Below are positions 45,803-56,451 of a stretch of 64,000 nucleotides of DNA, piece after piece (positions within the stretch are counted from its first letter, which is position 1; each line of letters begins with the position of its first letter). The notes under the pieces are model-generated. The model saw only the letters and a program-made list of their open reading frames with translations, ran no database searches and was not told the DNA's origin. The stretch is from IMG/VR virus record IMGVR_UViG_3300035670_000014, positions 106,949 to 170,948 of that record; one strand, written 5' to 3'. The DNA comes from a virus. The position numbers were made by a program, and so were the translations under genes.

Positions 45803-47059
45803 ATGAGTTTATCTAGAATAATATCAGAAATGGGCCAAAACTTAGCGGAGAATAGTCCGCAGGGAGCGGGCCTGGTTACCTATGGTGTAAATAGAGCTAC
45901 TAGGGGAGAAAGTGGATTTGGTGCCTACTCCACTCCACTAAAGTTACTTGGTGCAGCTGGCGTCCTATCACTAGGCGCAGGAGCGTACAAAGGAGCAACA
46001 AACAGAGACGATAAAGACAACGCACTAATAGGTGGAATAAAAGGAATGCTGGGTGCTACCTCAAATTTCAGTCAAAATGTACTAATGCCAACTTCAATTG
46101 GAGTCGGAGCTTTAGCAGCTACTGGATTCACAAGAAAGTTTGAAACCGGATATATGTTGACAAAAAGGATTTCAAACAGCAGAGATCTTGCTACGAAATA
46201 CAAAAAAACTGGAAAAGAAAAAGATTACAGAGCTGCTGTTTCTGCATTATTTCCAGGAGGCAAGCCTCCTAAGAATTCAGCAAATTATTTTGGGTCTATT
46301 GATGAAAGAAATGCCGTAGATAGAGTTACTAATTTGATTGAGAATCAAAAGGGAACTGTTAACTCTAGAAATTTCTCTACTGATATTATTTCAGAAATAA
46401 TAGAAAGAGATACCAAGGGTCAAGGAAGTGCATTAAATAATGTATTCCAGGGAGCCAGTTCACTTGGCTATGCAGCAGGTGGCCTTATGGCTGAAGTAGA
46501 CATTGCAATCGGCAAGGGAACAAAAGCTCTATTAGGCGGTAAGTATTACGGAAAAACTAAAAGTGAAATTAAACAAATGAAGGAAGCAGAGAAAGTAGCA
46601 TATGCTCAAGCTCAACAAAGAAGAAGAGATCCTGAAGCTACAAATTTTTGGGCTGATGAATTTTCTACACTTGCAAAAGGTGGAGCAATTGCCTCCATGG
46701 TTGGAATGGGTATTTTTGCTGGGGCTGCAGCTGCAGACACTGGATATTTTGGTGGATCTCCCATCAATGCAGTAGGTAAAGGTCTTTCACTTAGACAAAA
46801 TGATGCAGATTATATCTATTCAATGGAACAACAAAAAATGGGACAATATGAAATGGTTGCTGCATATAACCCATCACAAGTCGGCATGAGAGATACAGAT
46901 GATGCATATTCTTATGCAAGGTCTGTAAATCCATCTAGTGTAAATCCGATGAATGCAGCTCTTGCAGAAACAGCAGGAAGACAAAGAAGTATATCTCCTG
47001 GTCAATTTGGAGATACTGGCAGCCTTGTCTTTGCAATGAATACATTAAGAAGAGGTTAA
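45803..47059 (+). CDS. Gly/Ala-rich putative internal virion (ejection) protein
   Basis: Hydrophobic GxxxG segments, location in morphogenesis operon. Confidence 0.5.
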   Translation: MSLSRIISEMGQNLAENSPQGAGLVTYGVNRATRGESGFGAYSTPLKLLGAAGVLSLGAGAYKGATNRDDKDNALIGGIKGMLGATSNFSQNVLMPTSIGVGALAATGFTRKFETGYMLTKRISNSRDLATKYKKTGKEKDYRAAVSALFPGGKPPKNSANYFGSIDERNAVDRVTNLIENQKGTVNSRNFSTDIISEIIERDTKGQGSALNNVFQGASSLGYAAGGLMAEVDIAIGKGTKALLGGKYYGKTKSEIKQMKEAEKVAYAQAQQRRRDPEATNFWADEFSTLAKGGAIASMVGMGIFAGAAAADTGYFGGSPINAVGKGLSLRQNDADYIYSMEQQKMGQYEMVAAYNPSQVGMRDTDDAYSYARSVNPSSVNPMNAALAETAGRQRSISPGQFGDTGSLVFAMNTLRRG

Positions 47060-47060
47060 A

Positions 47061-47900
47061 ATGGCAAGTTTTTTAGGTGCCTTATGGGAGCGTGAATTAG
47101 CAAACTCAGCCATGGACAAAGGCCTGGCAAGACAAATAAGCTCTATTGCTCCTGACTTTGGTTTTCAGAGATATACCGTAGAAGGAGTAAGTAAGCCAGT
47201 CGATACCTTTTTAGGTAAGGCTATAGGGTCCTCATCGGCAAGAGGTAGTTTCATAGCAGGAGAGGGGGGCGCCATGTTTGGCAGCTCTACCAGTTACCGT
47301 GCTTATAACACAGCAGCAGAAGCATCACTATATGATGATTCAATTACTTCAAGAATTGCGAGAAAAGCCTTAGGTGGAACTGAAATAACTGGTAAAAAAG
47401 CGGCAATTAGAGGTGCAATATTTAGATTTGCAAACTCAAGAAATCCTGCAATGCTATTCACTGGTGGCTTTGCTGCTTATTCTGGACTTTCCGCCCTAGG
47501 TAGAGGTGAAGGAGTTGGAGCGGCTGCTTTTGCTTTTGGGAAGGAATTTGCAGTTGCTTCAATCTATGCCAAAGGTTTAGGTTTATTAGCAACGCCAGCT
47601 GGAATGGCAACAGCAGCAGTAGCCGGTGCCGCAGGGCTTGGTGCGTATGGAGTATATTCAACAAGAGAATATGGAAACATGTACCTGAGGTCATATCCCA
47701 GGAGTTCTTTTAATACTCCAAGTCTTAGTGACTCCGTTATGGCTTCGACAATGAGACAAAGAGCTGTCATGTCAATGCAGCAATCAAAAATGAATGCCTT
47801 TAGAAATCTATCTAACGAAGCGACTTTCGCACATCAACCTAGATCAAGATACGGTAATAGCTACCAAGGCTTGACTCCTACTCCAGTTATGGGCTACTAA
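47061..47900 (+). CDS. Gly/Ala-rich putative internal virion protein
   Basis: AAVAGAAGLGAYG, TMRQRAV motif. Confidence 0.5.
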   Translation: MASFLGALWERELANSAMDKGLARQISSIAPDFGFQRYTVEGVSKPVDTFLGKAIGSSSARGSFIAGEGGAMFGSSTSYRAYNTAAEASLYDDSITSRIARKALGGTEITGKKAAIRGAIFRFANSRNPAMLFTGGFAAYSGLSALGRGEGVGAAAFAFGKEFAVASIYAKGLGLLATPAGMATAAVAGAAGLGAYGVYSTREYGNMYLRSYPRSSFNTPSLSDSVMASTMRQRAVMSMQQSKMNAFRNLSNEATFAHQPRSRYGNSYQGLTPTPVMGY

Positions 47901-50048
47901 ATGGAATTTGCAAAATCAATAGCTGAACTTTATATTCAGCCTGATGAAGAGCATGAAAGTGTAAGCTATATAAATTATTGGACAAAAATAGATAAAAGGC
48001 TAAAAGATGAGTATAGGGATAAGTACAAAATAAAGTCCGATAACATAGCAGAAGAATGTGTTACTTGTCAAATAACTCACATTGATAAGTATAAATCACT
48101 ATACCCAAATACTCCTAGGGAGTCCATAGTTCAATACAGGGCAAGTGGAGGTAAGGCAGCATTAAGCCATGCATGGCAAATTAGCTGTCCCTATATTCCG
48201 GTTGATTATTTGGCTGGTGTTAATAAAACTGTACTTGCTTCAATGAGTTCAGAAGAAAGAGAAATTATTAAAGCTACACTTGACCCTGTTGCATTTGGTA
48301 GAAGAAACTTTGCCTGGCAAGCTAGAAAACATCAAGAAATTATGATGAGGTGCCAGGCTAAGAAGAAGGTTTTAAGGTGCGGGAGACGTACTGGTAAATC
48401 TGAAGCAATGGCAATGGAGCTTTTATTTCATGCCTTAACAAGAGAAAAAGTTACTATAAATCCAGATACAGGAGATGAAGTAACCTCACCAATAAAAGTG
48501 CTTATCATTGCCCCTTACCTGGCTCAGGTTAAGGAAATTTTCCTAAAGATAAAAGGCTTCCTAGAGAAAAACAAAGAACTAAAAGATACAGTCATTAGAG
48601 ATGTTCAGACTCCTAATTATGAGCTTAAGTTTACTAATGGCTCTACAATAGTAGGATTTACTACAGGTTCTAAAAACACCGGTGATGCTTCTACTATCCG
48701 TGGTCAGGGTGCTGATGTTATCTATATAGATGAAGCTGATTACCTAGGAGCTGGGGATTTTAAAGCTTTAATTCCAGTCTTTGCTGATAATCCAGACATA
48801 GTAGTAAGAGCTTCCAGTACACCTTCTGGAAAAGATTTAAGATTTAAAGAATGGTGTAATGACTCTCCTGGGTGGAAAGAGTTTTACTTTCCAACTCCAG
48901 TTCTTGAAAAAACCTCAGGAATAAACTGGAAGAGAATGAGAAGAGAGCAACGCTCTGAGTTTTCATTTGATGAGTGGCAGCAAGAAATGATGGCATTATT
49001 TATTGCCGGCTCTAACTCAGTATATCAGTCAAGGTTTGTAAGTGAAGCTATGGAAGATTATACATATGAAGATATGTCAGAACTTCAAGCTCAAGGCAGA
49101 CTTATTGGTTGGGACTTTTCTGTTGGCGTTGACTGGAACAAAGATGTCGGTACAGAAATATGCGTAATAGGCTATACCAGGTCATCTGGCAGGCACATGT
49201 TTAAAGTCTTTGATTATTACAATGTGCCGAAGCAAGACTTCACTCAACATGCAGGCTTGAGTGAAGTTATAAGGATATGCAGAAAGTGGCAGGCTAAGTA
49301 TGTATATATTGACCGTGGATATGGAGCCGTGCAGTGGGAAATGATAAGGCTATGGTCCTTACAGCAAAGATCCGGTACTTATGAAAGAAGTCTTGAAAGA
49401 CGAGTTAAATCATTTGAGTTTGGCGGCAATATAGAAATAAGAGACCCAGCAACAGGCAAGAAAGTAACCCACCCAGGAAAGGCTTACATGGTTGAGGCTT
49501 CCGTGAGGAAGTTTGAAGACGGCGTTATAAAATTCTCTAAAGATGATGAGAAGTTAAGAAAGCAATTACTTAACTACATCATAAAAGGAAGAGATAGAAG
49601 TAATAGGCCTTTATATGGAGTTGAATCTCCCAAAATAGGAGATCACTATTTAGATGCTTTTAATCTTGCTCTTGTAGCTTTTGTCATAGAAGAAGGAGTG
49701 TTAAGTAAAGGTTACTATAATGGGTCTGCTACAGTAGGCATAGCTGGAACTGAAATGCAACAAGAAGCAGCAGTAAATGCAGTTAAAAAGAATCCATCAG
49801 TGGCGTTTTTCCCAACAATAGAAGAGGAAGTAAAAGGGCCAAATGGAATTCGCCTAATGGCAGAAGCTAGAGCTAGTAATGTAGCTTCTAGAAATAATAA
49901 CCTTGAAGGTAATAGTAAAAATGAAATGTTCCCTGTATATGATAAAGGTTACAAAACAGGAAGTGAAGGAAAATATAGTAGTAAAACTTCTGCTGTAAGT
50001 AGAGGGTCTGGTAAAGGCAGTATTTTTGGAAGAAATTCTAGACTATAG
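47901..50048 (+). CDS. terL: terminase large subunit
   Basis: Walker A CGRRTGKS, IRGQGAD, Walker B IYIDEAD, SSTPSG, RNaseH-like GVDWN, YIDRGYG, DHYLDA. Confidence 0.93.
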   Translation: MEFAKSIAELYIQPDEEHESVSYINYWTKIDKRLKDEYRDKYKIKSDNIAEECVTCQITHIDKYKSLYPNTPRESIVQYRASGGKAALSHAWQISCPYIPVDYLAGVNKTVLASMSSEEREIIKATLDPVAFGRRNFAWQARKHQEIMMRCQAKKKVLRCGRRTGKSEAMAMELLFHALTREKVTINPDTGDEVTSPIKVLIIAPYLAQVKEIFLKIKGFLEKNKELKDTVIRDVQTPNYELKFTNGSTIVGFTTGSKNTGDASTIRGQGADVIYIDEADYLGAGDFKALIPVFADNPDIVVRASSTPSGKDLRFKEWCNDSPGWKEFYFPTPVLEKTSGINWKRMRREQRSEFSFDEWQQEMMALFIAGSNSVYQSRFVSEAMEDYTYEDMSELQAQGRLIGWDFSVGVDWNKDVGTEICVIGYTRSSGRHMFKVFDYYNVPKQDFTQHAGLSEVIRICRKWQAKYVYIDRGYGAVQWEMIRLWSLQQRSGTYERSLERRVKSFEFGGNIEIRDPATGKKVTHPGKAYMVEASVRKFEDGVIKFSKDDEKLRKQLLNYIIKGRDRSNRPLYGVESPKIGDHYLDAFNLALVAFVIEEGVLSKGYYNGSATVGIAGTEMQQEAAVNAVKKNPSVAFFPTIEEEVKGPNGIRLMAEARASNVASRNNNLEGNSKNEMFPVYDKGYKTGSEGKYSSKTSAVSRGSGKGSIFGRNSRL

Positions 50049-50057
50049 AGTTGTAAA

Positions 50058-51422
50058 ATGGCAAAGAAAAATTCTCCATCCTTTAAGTACTCAGATGATG
50101 AGTTATCAAATCTTATAAATGAAGCAGATGCTGCAAAAGCTAGGCAGCCTGTTTCTGTTGCTACAAATTATGATAGTGGCAGTCCTCTTTCATCTAGAGT
50201 ATTTAATGATTCTGATGGAATGCTGCCTAAATTTGATACTGAAATTAAAGCTCCTAATAGTCGTAAAATTAATAAAAAAGAAACAAGAAAACTAAAAGAA
50301 ATTTCTAATACTTATGATGCCTCTTCAGATATCGTAAAGGGTGGACCAACAGAGTCTCAATATGGAGAATTAAGAGCTTCACAAAAAAGCAGTTCAGTGA
50401 CTGGTAATAGTCAAAAGTTTTATACTGCTGATGAGTTTACAAATCCACGCCGAACTGGTCCTGACTTTAGTTTTGTAGATAATGCAAATGAAGCTGCAAA
50501 TGCAAATAGTGCAACTTCAGATTATAACATTCTTGATAAAGACTCAAGTGGTGTAGATAATCGTAAGCCAGTGTCAAATGCAGCTAAAAGAGAAGCAGCA
50601 AAAACTAGTGTTCCATTTTCTAATTCTTATGATAGTGCAGCTGACTTCACTGCATCTGGAGTTAGTGAGTCTGAGTATGGAAAGGTAAGAATTGGAGAAA
50701 AGGGTAGTCTTATAGGTGGAGCAGGAGGCTCAGACGCAGGCAGGGCACCTTATTATCAAGCTGGACAGGTGAGTCCAGTAGGTGGACAGAGTAGATCTCC
50801 CCTGTCTTTTTCTCCCGCAATGGGAGGAGAAATTAAAAGTTATACTGGTGAGGGAAGTGTTTTATCTGATGACATAAATTCAATGAACTCAATGCCAGAT
50901 GAAAAAATGGCTCAAAGAGCTCAAGCACGAGCTGCTAGTGCACAATATAAAGCTCCCCAGCAAGTACTAAGTGGCACAGGACCTTTATTTGCCCCAGCTG
51001 GTGGTAGTAAAGTTGGACTTAGCGGGATGCTTTCAAGTGGTAAAGTTGGAAGAAATGCAATAGCAGGTGCAGTTGTCGGTGCCGTAGCAGGAGGGTTAAA
51101 TCCAGCTGGAGACGATGGTCTTTTTAGAGGCGCGGCAGGAGGAGCAGCTGTAGGTGCAGTAATGGGCGGGCTAGCTGGTGCAGTTAATGCTCAGATGAAT
51201 CCCAAGGGAAGTGAAACAGTCTCAAAAGGGGGAAGGCTGTTCCCTGGTCCGATGAAAGATGGAGCGCCGCCTAAAATTGGTAGAGCTGGAATGTTAATGT
51301 CAGTAGGTGGAGTAGTTGGTGGCCTGATGGGAGGCCTCCTAGGTGGATCAGGAAGAGGGAAAAGGCATAATACTATAGATAGCAACGGCTGGTCTAAGGG
51401 AACTCACCCGGCCTATTTCTAA
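50058..51422 (+). CDS. low-complexity protein with C-terminal glycine zippers
   Basis: GAVVGAVAGG, GAAGGAAVGAVMGG. Confidence 0.6.
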   Translation: MAKKNSPSFKYSDDELSNLINEADAAKARQPVSVATNYDSGSPLSSRVFNDSDGMLPKFDTEIKAPNSRKINKKETRKLKEISNTYDASSDIVKGGPTESQYGELRASQKSSSVTGNSQKFYTADEFTNPRRTGPDFSFVDNANEAANANSATSDYNILDKDSSGVDNRKPVSNAAKREAAKTSVPFSNSYDSAADFTASGVSESEYGKVRIGEKGSLIGGAGGSDAGRAPYYQAGQVSPVGGQSRSPLSFSPAMGGEIKSYTGEGSVLSDDINSMNSMPDEKMAQRAQARAASAQYKAPQQVLSGTGPLFAPAGGSKVGLSGMLSSGKVGRNAIAGAVVGAVAGGLNPAGDDGLFRGAAGGAAVGAVMGGLAGAVNAQMNPKGSETVSKGGRLFPGPMKDGAPPKIGRAGMLMSVGGVVGGLMGGLLGGSGRGKRHNTIDSNGWSKGTHPAYF

Positions 51423-51430
51423 GGTTAATA

Positions 51431-51823
51431 ATGTTAAACATATACAAGAGTCAAGAATCTTCCTCTATGATTGGGGAAGAAAATCTTTTACTGACAGTTC
51501 ATAATGGAAGAATCGGTAGCTGGAATATAATTAAGTGCTTCTTAAGAAATGATAACCCAAGCACAAAATATAATAATATAATACTGTCAGTTATTAACAC
51601 CTCAAGCTCAGGTGCAACATTCCAGCTTTACCCTGGAGATTTTGAACCTACTGCACTTGAGTGGAATTTTGTTGGATTTAATAACTCTATTACAATGCAA
51701 GACATAGAAGGAACTGAAGTTTATCTTCCATTCTGGCTGAGAGTTTTCTATCCAGGCGAAACTGCAGCCAATCTATATCAGGAAGCAAGTATTAAAATCC
51801 TTGCTACAGAAGAGGCTATTTAA
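51431..51823 (+). CDS. hypothetical structural protein
   Basis: YLPFWLRV motif; operon position. Confidence 0.55.
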   Translation: MLNIYKSQESSSMIGEENLLLTVHNGRIGSWNIIKCFLRNDNPSTKYNNIILSVINTSSSGATFQLYPGDFEPTALEWNFVGFNNSITMQDIEGTEVYLPFWLRVFYPGETAANLYQEASIKILATEEAI

Positions 51824-54225
51824 TGACCTTTAAGAAAATTAAGTCTCCGAAAATTCCAATCTATACAAATCTTGGAGTTTCGTATGAAGATGAAATAGAA
51901 TTTAGAAGTAGTTCACCTCCAGTAGAAAAAGAAGAAAAAAGCATAGCTGATTTGGTAAATGATCTTCTTTCCAAAATAGAAGAAAAAGGTACATATAATA
52001 ATGTCAGTGACACTGTAAATAAGCCGGACTCTGGAGATACATATAATCCAGAAGAGATGCTTGCTCTTAGGTTGCAGAATAGAGAAAATGCAAAAAGAAT
52101 AAGAGCAGAAATAGATGGGTTAAAAGCAAGATATATAGAAAGCGTAACTTTAAATAGTTATGAAATAAAGTATAAAGTTAATCAAAATTCTAAGATTAAT
52201 CAGTTTATAAATGAATACTTAGATCGTCCTGCTGATAGTCCCCAGGTTGTAAAGTCCTCTCAGTATTTAGATTTAAAAGAAACTGAAAGGAGAATGATAA
52301 AGCAAGAATCAAGGGGAGTATTTGCGGAAGCAGAAGTTAATGCATCTGATTATGTTTCTTTTCCTAATCTTAATAGCCGGGACAGGATAGCAACAAGGTA
52401 TGGAATAGATGTCGTTAGTGCTAGTGTAAATCTAATTGAGGATAGTGATTTTTCTAGAATTCCTGATGGAATTCCAGTAGGCTATGGACTGCTTCCTGTT
52501 TTTGAATCTGTAATGGATGTAGAAGAACAAATAGCAGGAGTAGAAGAAATTCTAGCAAGAACAGATGAAGATACTTCCTATATAGAAAATTTATTTGGGA
52601 GAGATCTTGATGAGCCTATTGACGCTAGCGCACTAGGAAGACCAGCAAATTATTCATTTAAAGAAATAATGAAGAATTGCTTTGATTGCTTTATTGGTGC
52701 ATGGAATGGTCCTGTAGACTTCAAGTTTCACTTGCAAGTTGAACTTAGTATAAAGGAACTTCTTGCTCAGTTGGATTTTCTAATTGGAAGGATAAAGTTT
52801 GCCTTAGATATAGAAGGAATAATTAAGAGTAATGCTTGTTCATTATTTAACCTGGGAGTGCTATGTCCCATTGAAATAATGTTTCTAATTGCTTCGCTGT
52901 TTGGATTATTAAAATATTGTGCTCTAGAGATAGTATTAAATTTTAGAGGTTTCTTGATGGGGCTTATAGCTTCTATCCTAGGGCCTCTATTGCAAATGCT
53001 ACAGCTTGCTGCCAGTTTTGGCATTGGTCCTCTTAATATATATATGGGTTGTGTGTTTAAGACTTTGCTTACTGCACCTCAGATAAGATGGACAGGCAGG
53101 ATGACTCTGGCGCAATTAGCAGGCGTCCATAGTGTAATCTCTGGAAATGGAGATCAAGAGTTTGTAAACAAAAGAACCGGAACAAGAGAAGAAAGAAGAG
53201 CTGAAAATCAAAGAGAAAGAGAACTAAGACAACAAGAAAGAGAAACTAGGCAGCAGGAAAGAACTGAAACGAGAGAAGCAAACGAACAAGAAAGAAACTT
53301 AAGAAGACAAGACAGGGAATTTGCCAGACAAGCTGAAGATGATCCTAGAATTGGAGCAATACCTGCTGCAATTGAACAGAGTCCAGCTCTTGCTGCAATA
53401 TTGTCTCCAACTCAGAATACTGAAGTTGAAGCTCCAGAGATAACAACAAATGGCGATCAAGAAGTACAGAGAAATACAGTAGGAGCGGCTATAGCTAGTA
53501 TAGCCACAGGTGAAAGTGAGAATTCGATAAGCTTAAGTGTAAGTCCACTTAATATAGTTTCAGTAATACCTAGACCTCAGTTCCTTGAGGCACAGAATAG
53601 ATTAGAAAGTAATCCTAAGTTAAATGCAGTAATAGAAAGAATCAAGTCTTTAGCTATGGGTAATCAATCCACTATTGATCTTGAAGAAATAGGTGTTGAC
53701 TTTTTAAATCTAATGGATGAATCTCTTGTAGCTGGAGATGGATCACTTACCAGTGCAATAGCTGGCTTAGAGTTTGTTGAAAAAATGGTAAATCACTACA
53801 AGTGGATAATGAATGCACTTGCAGCTTTGAGAAATTGGGCAGCTCAACAGAGTGCTGGAAGAATTGAATTAAGCGCCAAAATAGCAGGGATAAGTATTCT
53901 CGTGGGAGTATTAGGTGCAATACTTAGATTAATTACTGATAAGAACTTATCAGAGTATTGTAATGTTAAGACAAATCCAGATGGGACTGTAGAAATAACT
54001 CCAACTGCTTCTCCTGATGTGCTATTTAATCTCATAAATCAAAATCCTTCACTTGTATTAGTTAATGATCCGCAGGAACCTGGTAGTGATGGTGGTGATA
54101 ATATAAACAATCCAGTAATATTAAATACAATAACAGGTACTAGGTTTCCTTTAATTAACTGTACTAAAGCTCAGCCAGTTGTTCTTACAGATAGAGAAAT
54201 TGCAGAATTACTATCGAATGTTTAA
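51823..54225 (+). CDS. hypothetical protein with hydrophobic helices and charged ERE/RQQ coiled coil
   Basis: 800-aa ORF before portal. Confidence 0.6.
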   Translation: MTFKKIKSPKIPIYTNLGVSYEDEIEFRSSSPPVEKEEKSIADLVNDLLSKIEEKGTYNNVSDTVNKPDSGDTYNPEEMLALRLQNRENAKRIRAEIDGLKARYIESVTLNSYEIKYKVNQNSKINQFINEYLDRPADSPQVVKSSQYLDLKETERRMIKQESRGVFAEAEVNASDYVSFPNLNSRDRIATRYGIDVVSASVNLIEDSDFSRIPDGIPVGYGLLPVFESVMDVEEQIAGVEEILARTDEDTSYIENLFGRDLDEPIDASALGRPANYSFKEIMKNCFDCFIGAWNGPVDFKFHLQVELSIKELLAQLDFLIGRIKFALDIEGIIKSNACSLFNLGVLCPIEIMFLIASLFGLLKYCALEIVLNFRGFLMGLIASILGPLLQMLQLAASFGIGPLNIYMGCVFKTLLTAPQIRWTGRMTLAQLAGVHSVISGNGDQEFVNKRTGTREERRAENQRERELRQQERETRQQERTETREANEQERNLRRQDREFARQAEDDPRIGAIPAAIEQSPALAAILSPTQNTEVEAPEITTNGDQEVQRNTVGAAIASIATGESENSISLSVSPLNIVSVIPRPQFLEAQNRLESNPKLNAVIERIKSLAMGNQSTIDLEEIGVDFLNLMDESLVAGDGSLTSAIAGLEFVEKMVNHYKWIMNALAALRNWAAQQSAGRIELSAKIAGISILVGVLGAILRLITDKNLSEYCNVKTNPDGTVEITPTASPDVLFNLINQNPSLVLVNDPQEPGSDGGDNINNPVILNTITGTRFPLINCTKAQPVVLTDREIAELLSNV

Positions 54226-54234
54226 GAGAGTCAA

Positions 54235-56451
54235 ATGAATAAACTATCAAATCAAATGAAACCGGCAAAACCGGAGATCAAAGATGAACTCTCTATTAAG
54301 TCAACCATAGGACTAAAAGGTGTAAGGAACCCAGTTCTTACTTACAAGCAAAGTAGAAGTGGTAACGACATATGGACAAAGCCTGAATATGACTTTTCGG
54401 ATATAGAAAGAATAGCAGATATAGAGTCATATCTTGCAAGATCTTTTGATAAGAAAAGAAACCTATTCTTTAAGGGTGGTTATGACTTTGTATCAAGAAA
54501 TCCAGATACAAGTTCTTATATCAAGCGGCGCCTTAATCAAATATGTAAGCAAAGTAATACAAATGTAGATTCATTGCTTTCAGATATTGAAAAAGATCTG
54601 ATCATGTTTTCTAATTGCTATTTGTATGTAGTAAGAAACAATGAAGCTTCTGGTGGCTATCCCTATACTGATAGACTTAATGGCCGAAGAATCCAACCCA
54701 TAGCTGGTTTGTTTATTATTCCTGCAGCAAGTGTCGAGTATAGATTAGATGATAAAGAAGAAAACATAATTAAATATCGTCAGTACATTCCTGGAAGACT
54801 CCACGAATATCGAGAGTTTAATCCAAAAGACATCATACACTTCACACGCAATAAGAAGCCAGGATTTTATGCTGGCACTCCCTCTTGTCTTCCTGTACTT
54901 GATGACATTAAGGCCCTAAGGCGCATAGAAGAAAACGTAGAGATTCTTATTGTTCAATCTATCTTCCCGATTGTTCACTACAAGGTAGGAACTGAGGAGT
55001 CTCCAGCAAGGGAGACTCTAGATGGCAGCGGTAATGAAGTAGAAGATGTAGCAAGAAGAATACAGTCAATGCCACCGGAAGGTATCTATGTAACCTCAGA
55101 AAGGCATGACATACAAATCAAAGGAACAGAAGGTAGGGCTCTCAGAGTTGAGAGCTATCTTGACTACTTTAAGAAGAGAGTATTTGCTGGCATAAGTATG
55201 TCAGGCATAGACTTTGGCGAAGGAGATACAGCTAACAGGGCAACGGCACTGGCAATAAGCCAGTCGCTACTTGATGAGGTTAAAGCAAACCAGAAGCTAT
55301 TTGCTTCAAGCTTTAAGAACTTCATTATAGATCAACTGCTTCTTGAGACTGGTACTGCTTTAAATTTAGATGATGAAGATAACCATGTCTATGTATCGTT
55401 TGGTGAAATAGATCACTTCTCTGAGATTGCAGAAGAAAACAACGTAATCCAAAAGTGGATTAACAATGTAATTACGCTAAAAGAAGCAAGAAGAGAACTT
55501 GGACTAAATGAACTCTCAGATGAAGAAAGAGAAGACTTATTCGTTCATCGGGTTACAATTCCTGCAACATTAGTCTCTGGTACTACAGATGGTAGTAATG
55601 CAGTTTCTCTTGCAGCAGCAGAGAATCCAAACACACCTATAAGGCCTGAAAACGTAAGACAGGCAACGCAGGAAGTTAATAGAAGGTCTAACCAGGCTAG
55701 AGCTAATGCTAGCCCCGAAGGCTCTGCAAGAAGGGCAGGCAGGCCTAATCAGGCCCCTCAATCAAATGGTGGAGCTTCAACTGCAGTATCCCGGCCATCT
55801 AATCAGTTTGGAACCTCAACAAGCCCAAGGCCAAGCTCCAGAGACCAGCTGGAAAAATATCTGGCTGATAACAATCTAAAAGATTTTGTTGGAGCTATAA
55901 CTCAATACTCTAAAGTTGGAGTCCTGGACTCAAGTGATAAGAGTATGTTTATGGCTTCCTTGAGCTTGTTTAAAGATAAGGAAAGAGTTTCCGTTGCAAG
56001 GGTTAGTGGAGCTGCTTTTGATAGCGGGATAAAGTATACATTCTCTGAGTTTGGAACTTCCATAGTTGGCGACGAAGTCTACATAGAAGCTGCCAGGTGT
56101 AAGCGTCTAGCAGAAAGCTATATAGACAAAGCATTTGATGAAGTACAGAAGGTAATAACTAAAAAGAAAGAAGTAACAAAGGACGATGTTATTGCTTCTG
56201 TTAATTCAATTGCCTATAGATTAGACTTTATCAGAAGAACAGAAAAAGTTAGAAGTTATAATTGGGGAGTAATCTCAGGATTACGAATAGTTGGAGAACA
56301 GTACTATTCGATTGAGCTAAATGAAGATAGTGAAGAAAGTGAAGTAGCATTGTTAAATAAGAAGTTCCCACTTAATAGTGCTGATTTAAACAATATACCT
56401 CCATGGCATCCTAATAGTTCAATTACAGTTAAAAGAGTGAATAATGAATAA
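54235..56451 (+). CDS. portal protein
   Basis: DLIMFSNCYL, DIIHFT...GFYAGTP...VLDDIKALRRIEE, GDTANRATA, ITLKEARRELG; MuF-like PPWHPN tail. Confidence 0.85.
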   Translation: MNKLSNQMKPAKPEIKDELSIKSTIGLKGVRNPVLTYKQSRSGNDIWTKPEYDFSDIERIADIESYLARSFDKKRNLFFKGGYDFVSRNPDTSSYIKRRLNQICKQSNTNVDSLLSDIEKDLIMFSNCYLYVVRNNEASGGYPYTDRLNGRRIQPIAGLFIIPAASVEYRLDDKEENIIKYRQYIPGRLHEYREFNPKDIIHFTRNKKPGFYAGTPSCLPVLDDIKALRRIEENVEILIVQSIFPIVHYKVGTEESPARETLDGSGNEVEDVARRIQSMPPEGIYVTSERHDIQIKGTEGRALRVESYLDYFKKRVFAGISMSGIDFGEGDTANRATALAISQSLLDEVKANQKLFASSFKNFIIDQLLLETGTALNLDDEDNHVYVSFGEIDHFSEIAEENNVIQKWINNVITLKEARRELGLNELSDEEREDLFVHRVTIPATLVSGTTDGSNAVSLAAAENPNTPIRPENVRQATQEVNRRSNQARANASPEGSARRAGRPNQAPQSNGGASTAVSRPSNQFGTSTSPRPSSRDQLEKYLADNNLKDFVGAITQYSKVGVLDSSDKSMFMASLSLFKDKERVSVARVSGAAFDSGIKYTFSEFGTSIVGDEVYIEAARCKRLAESYIDKAFDEVQKVITKKKEVTKDDVIASVNSIAYRLDFIRRTEKVRSYNWGVISGLRIVGEQYYSIELNEDSEESEVALLNKKFPLNSADLNNIPPWHPNSSITVKRVNNE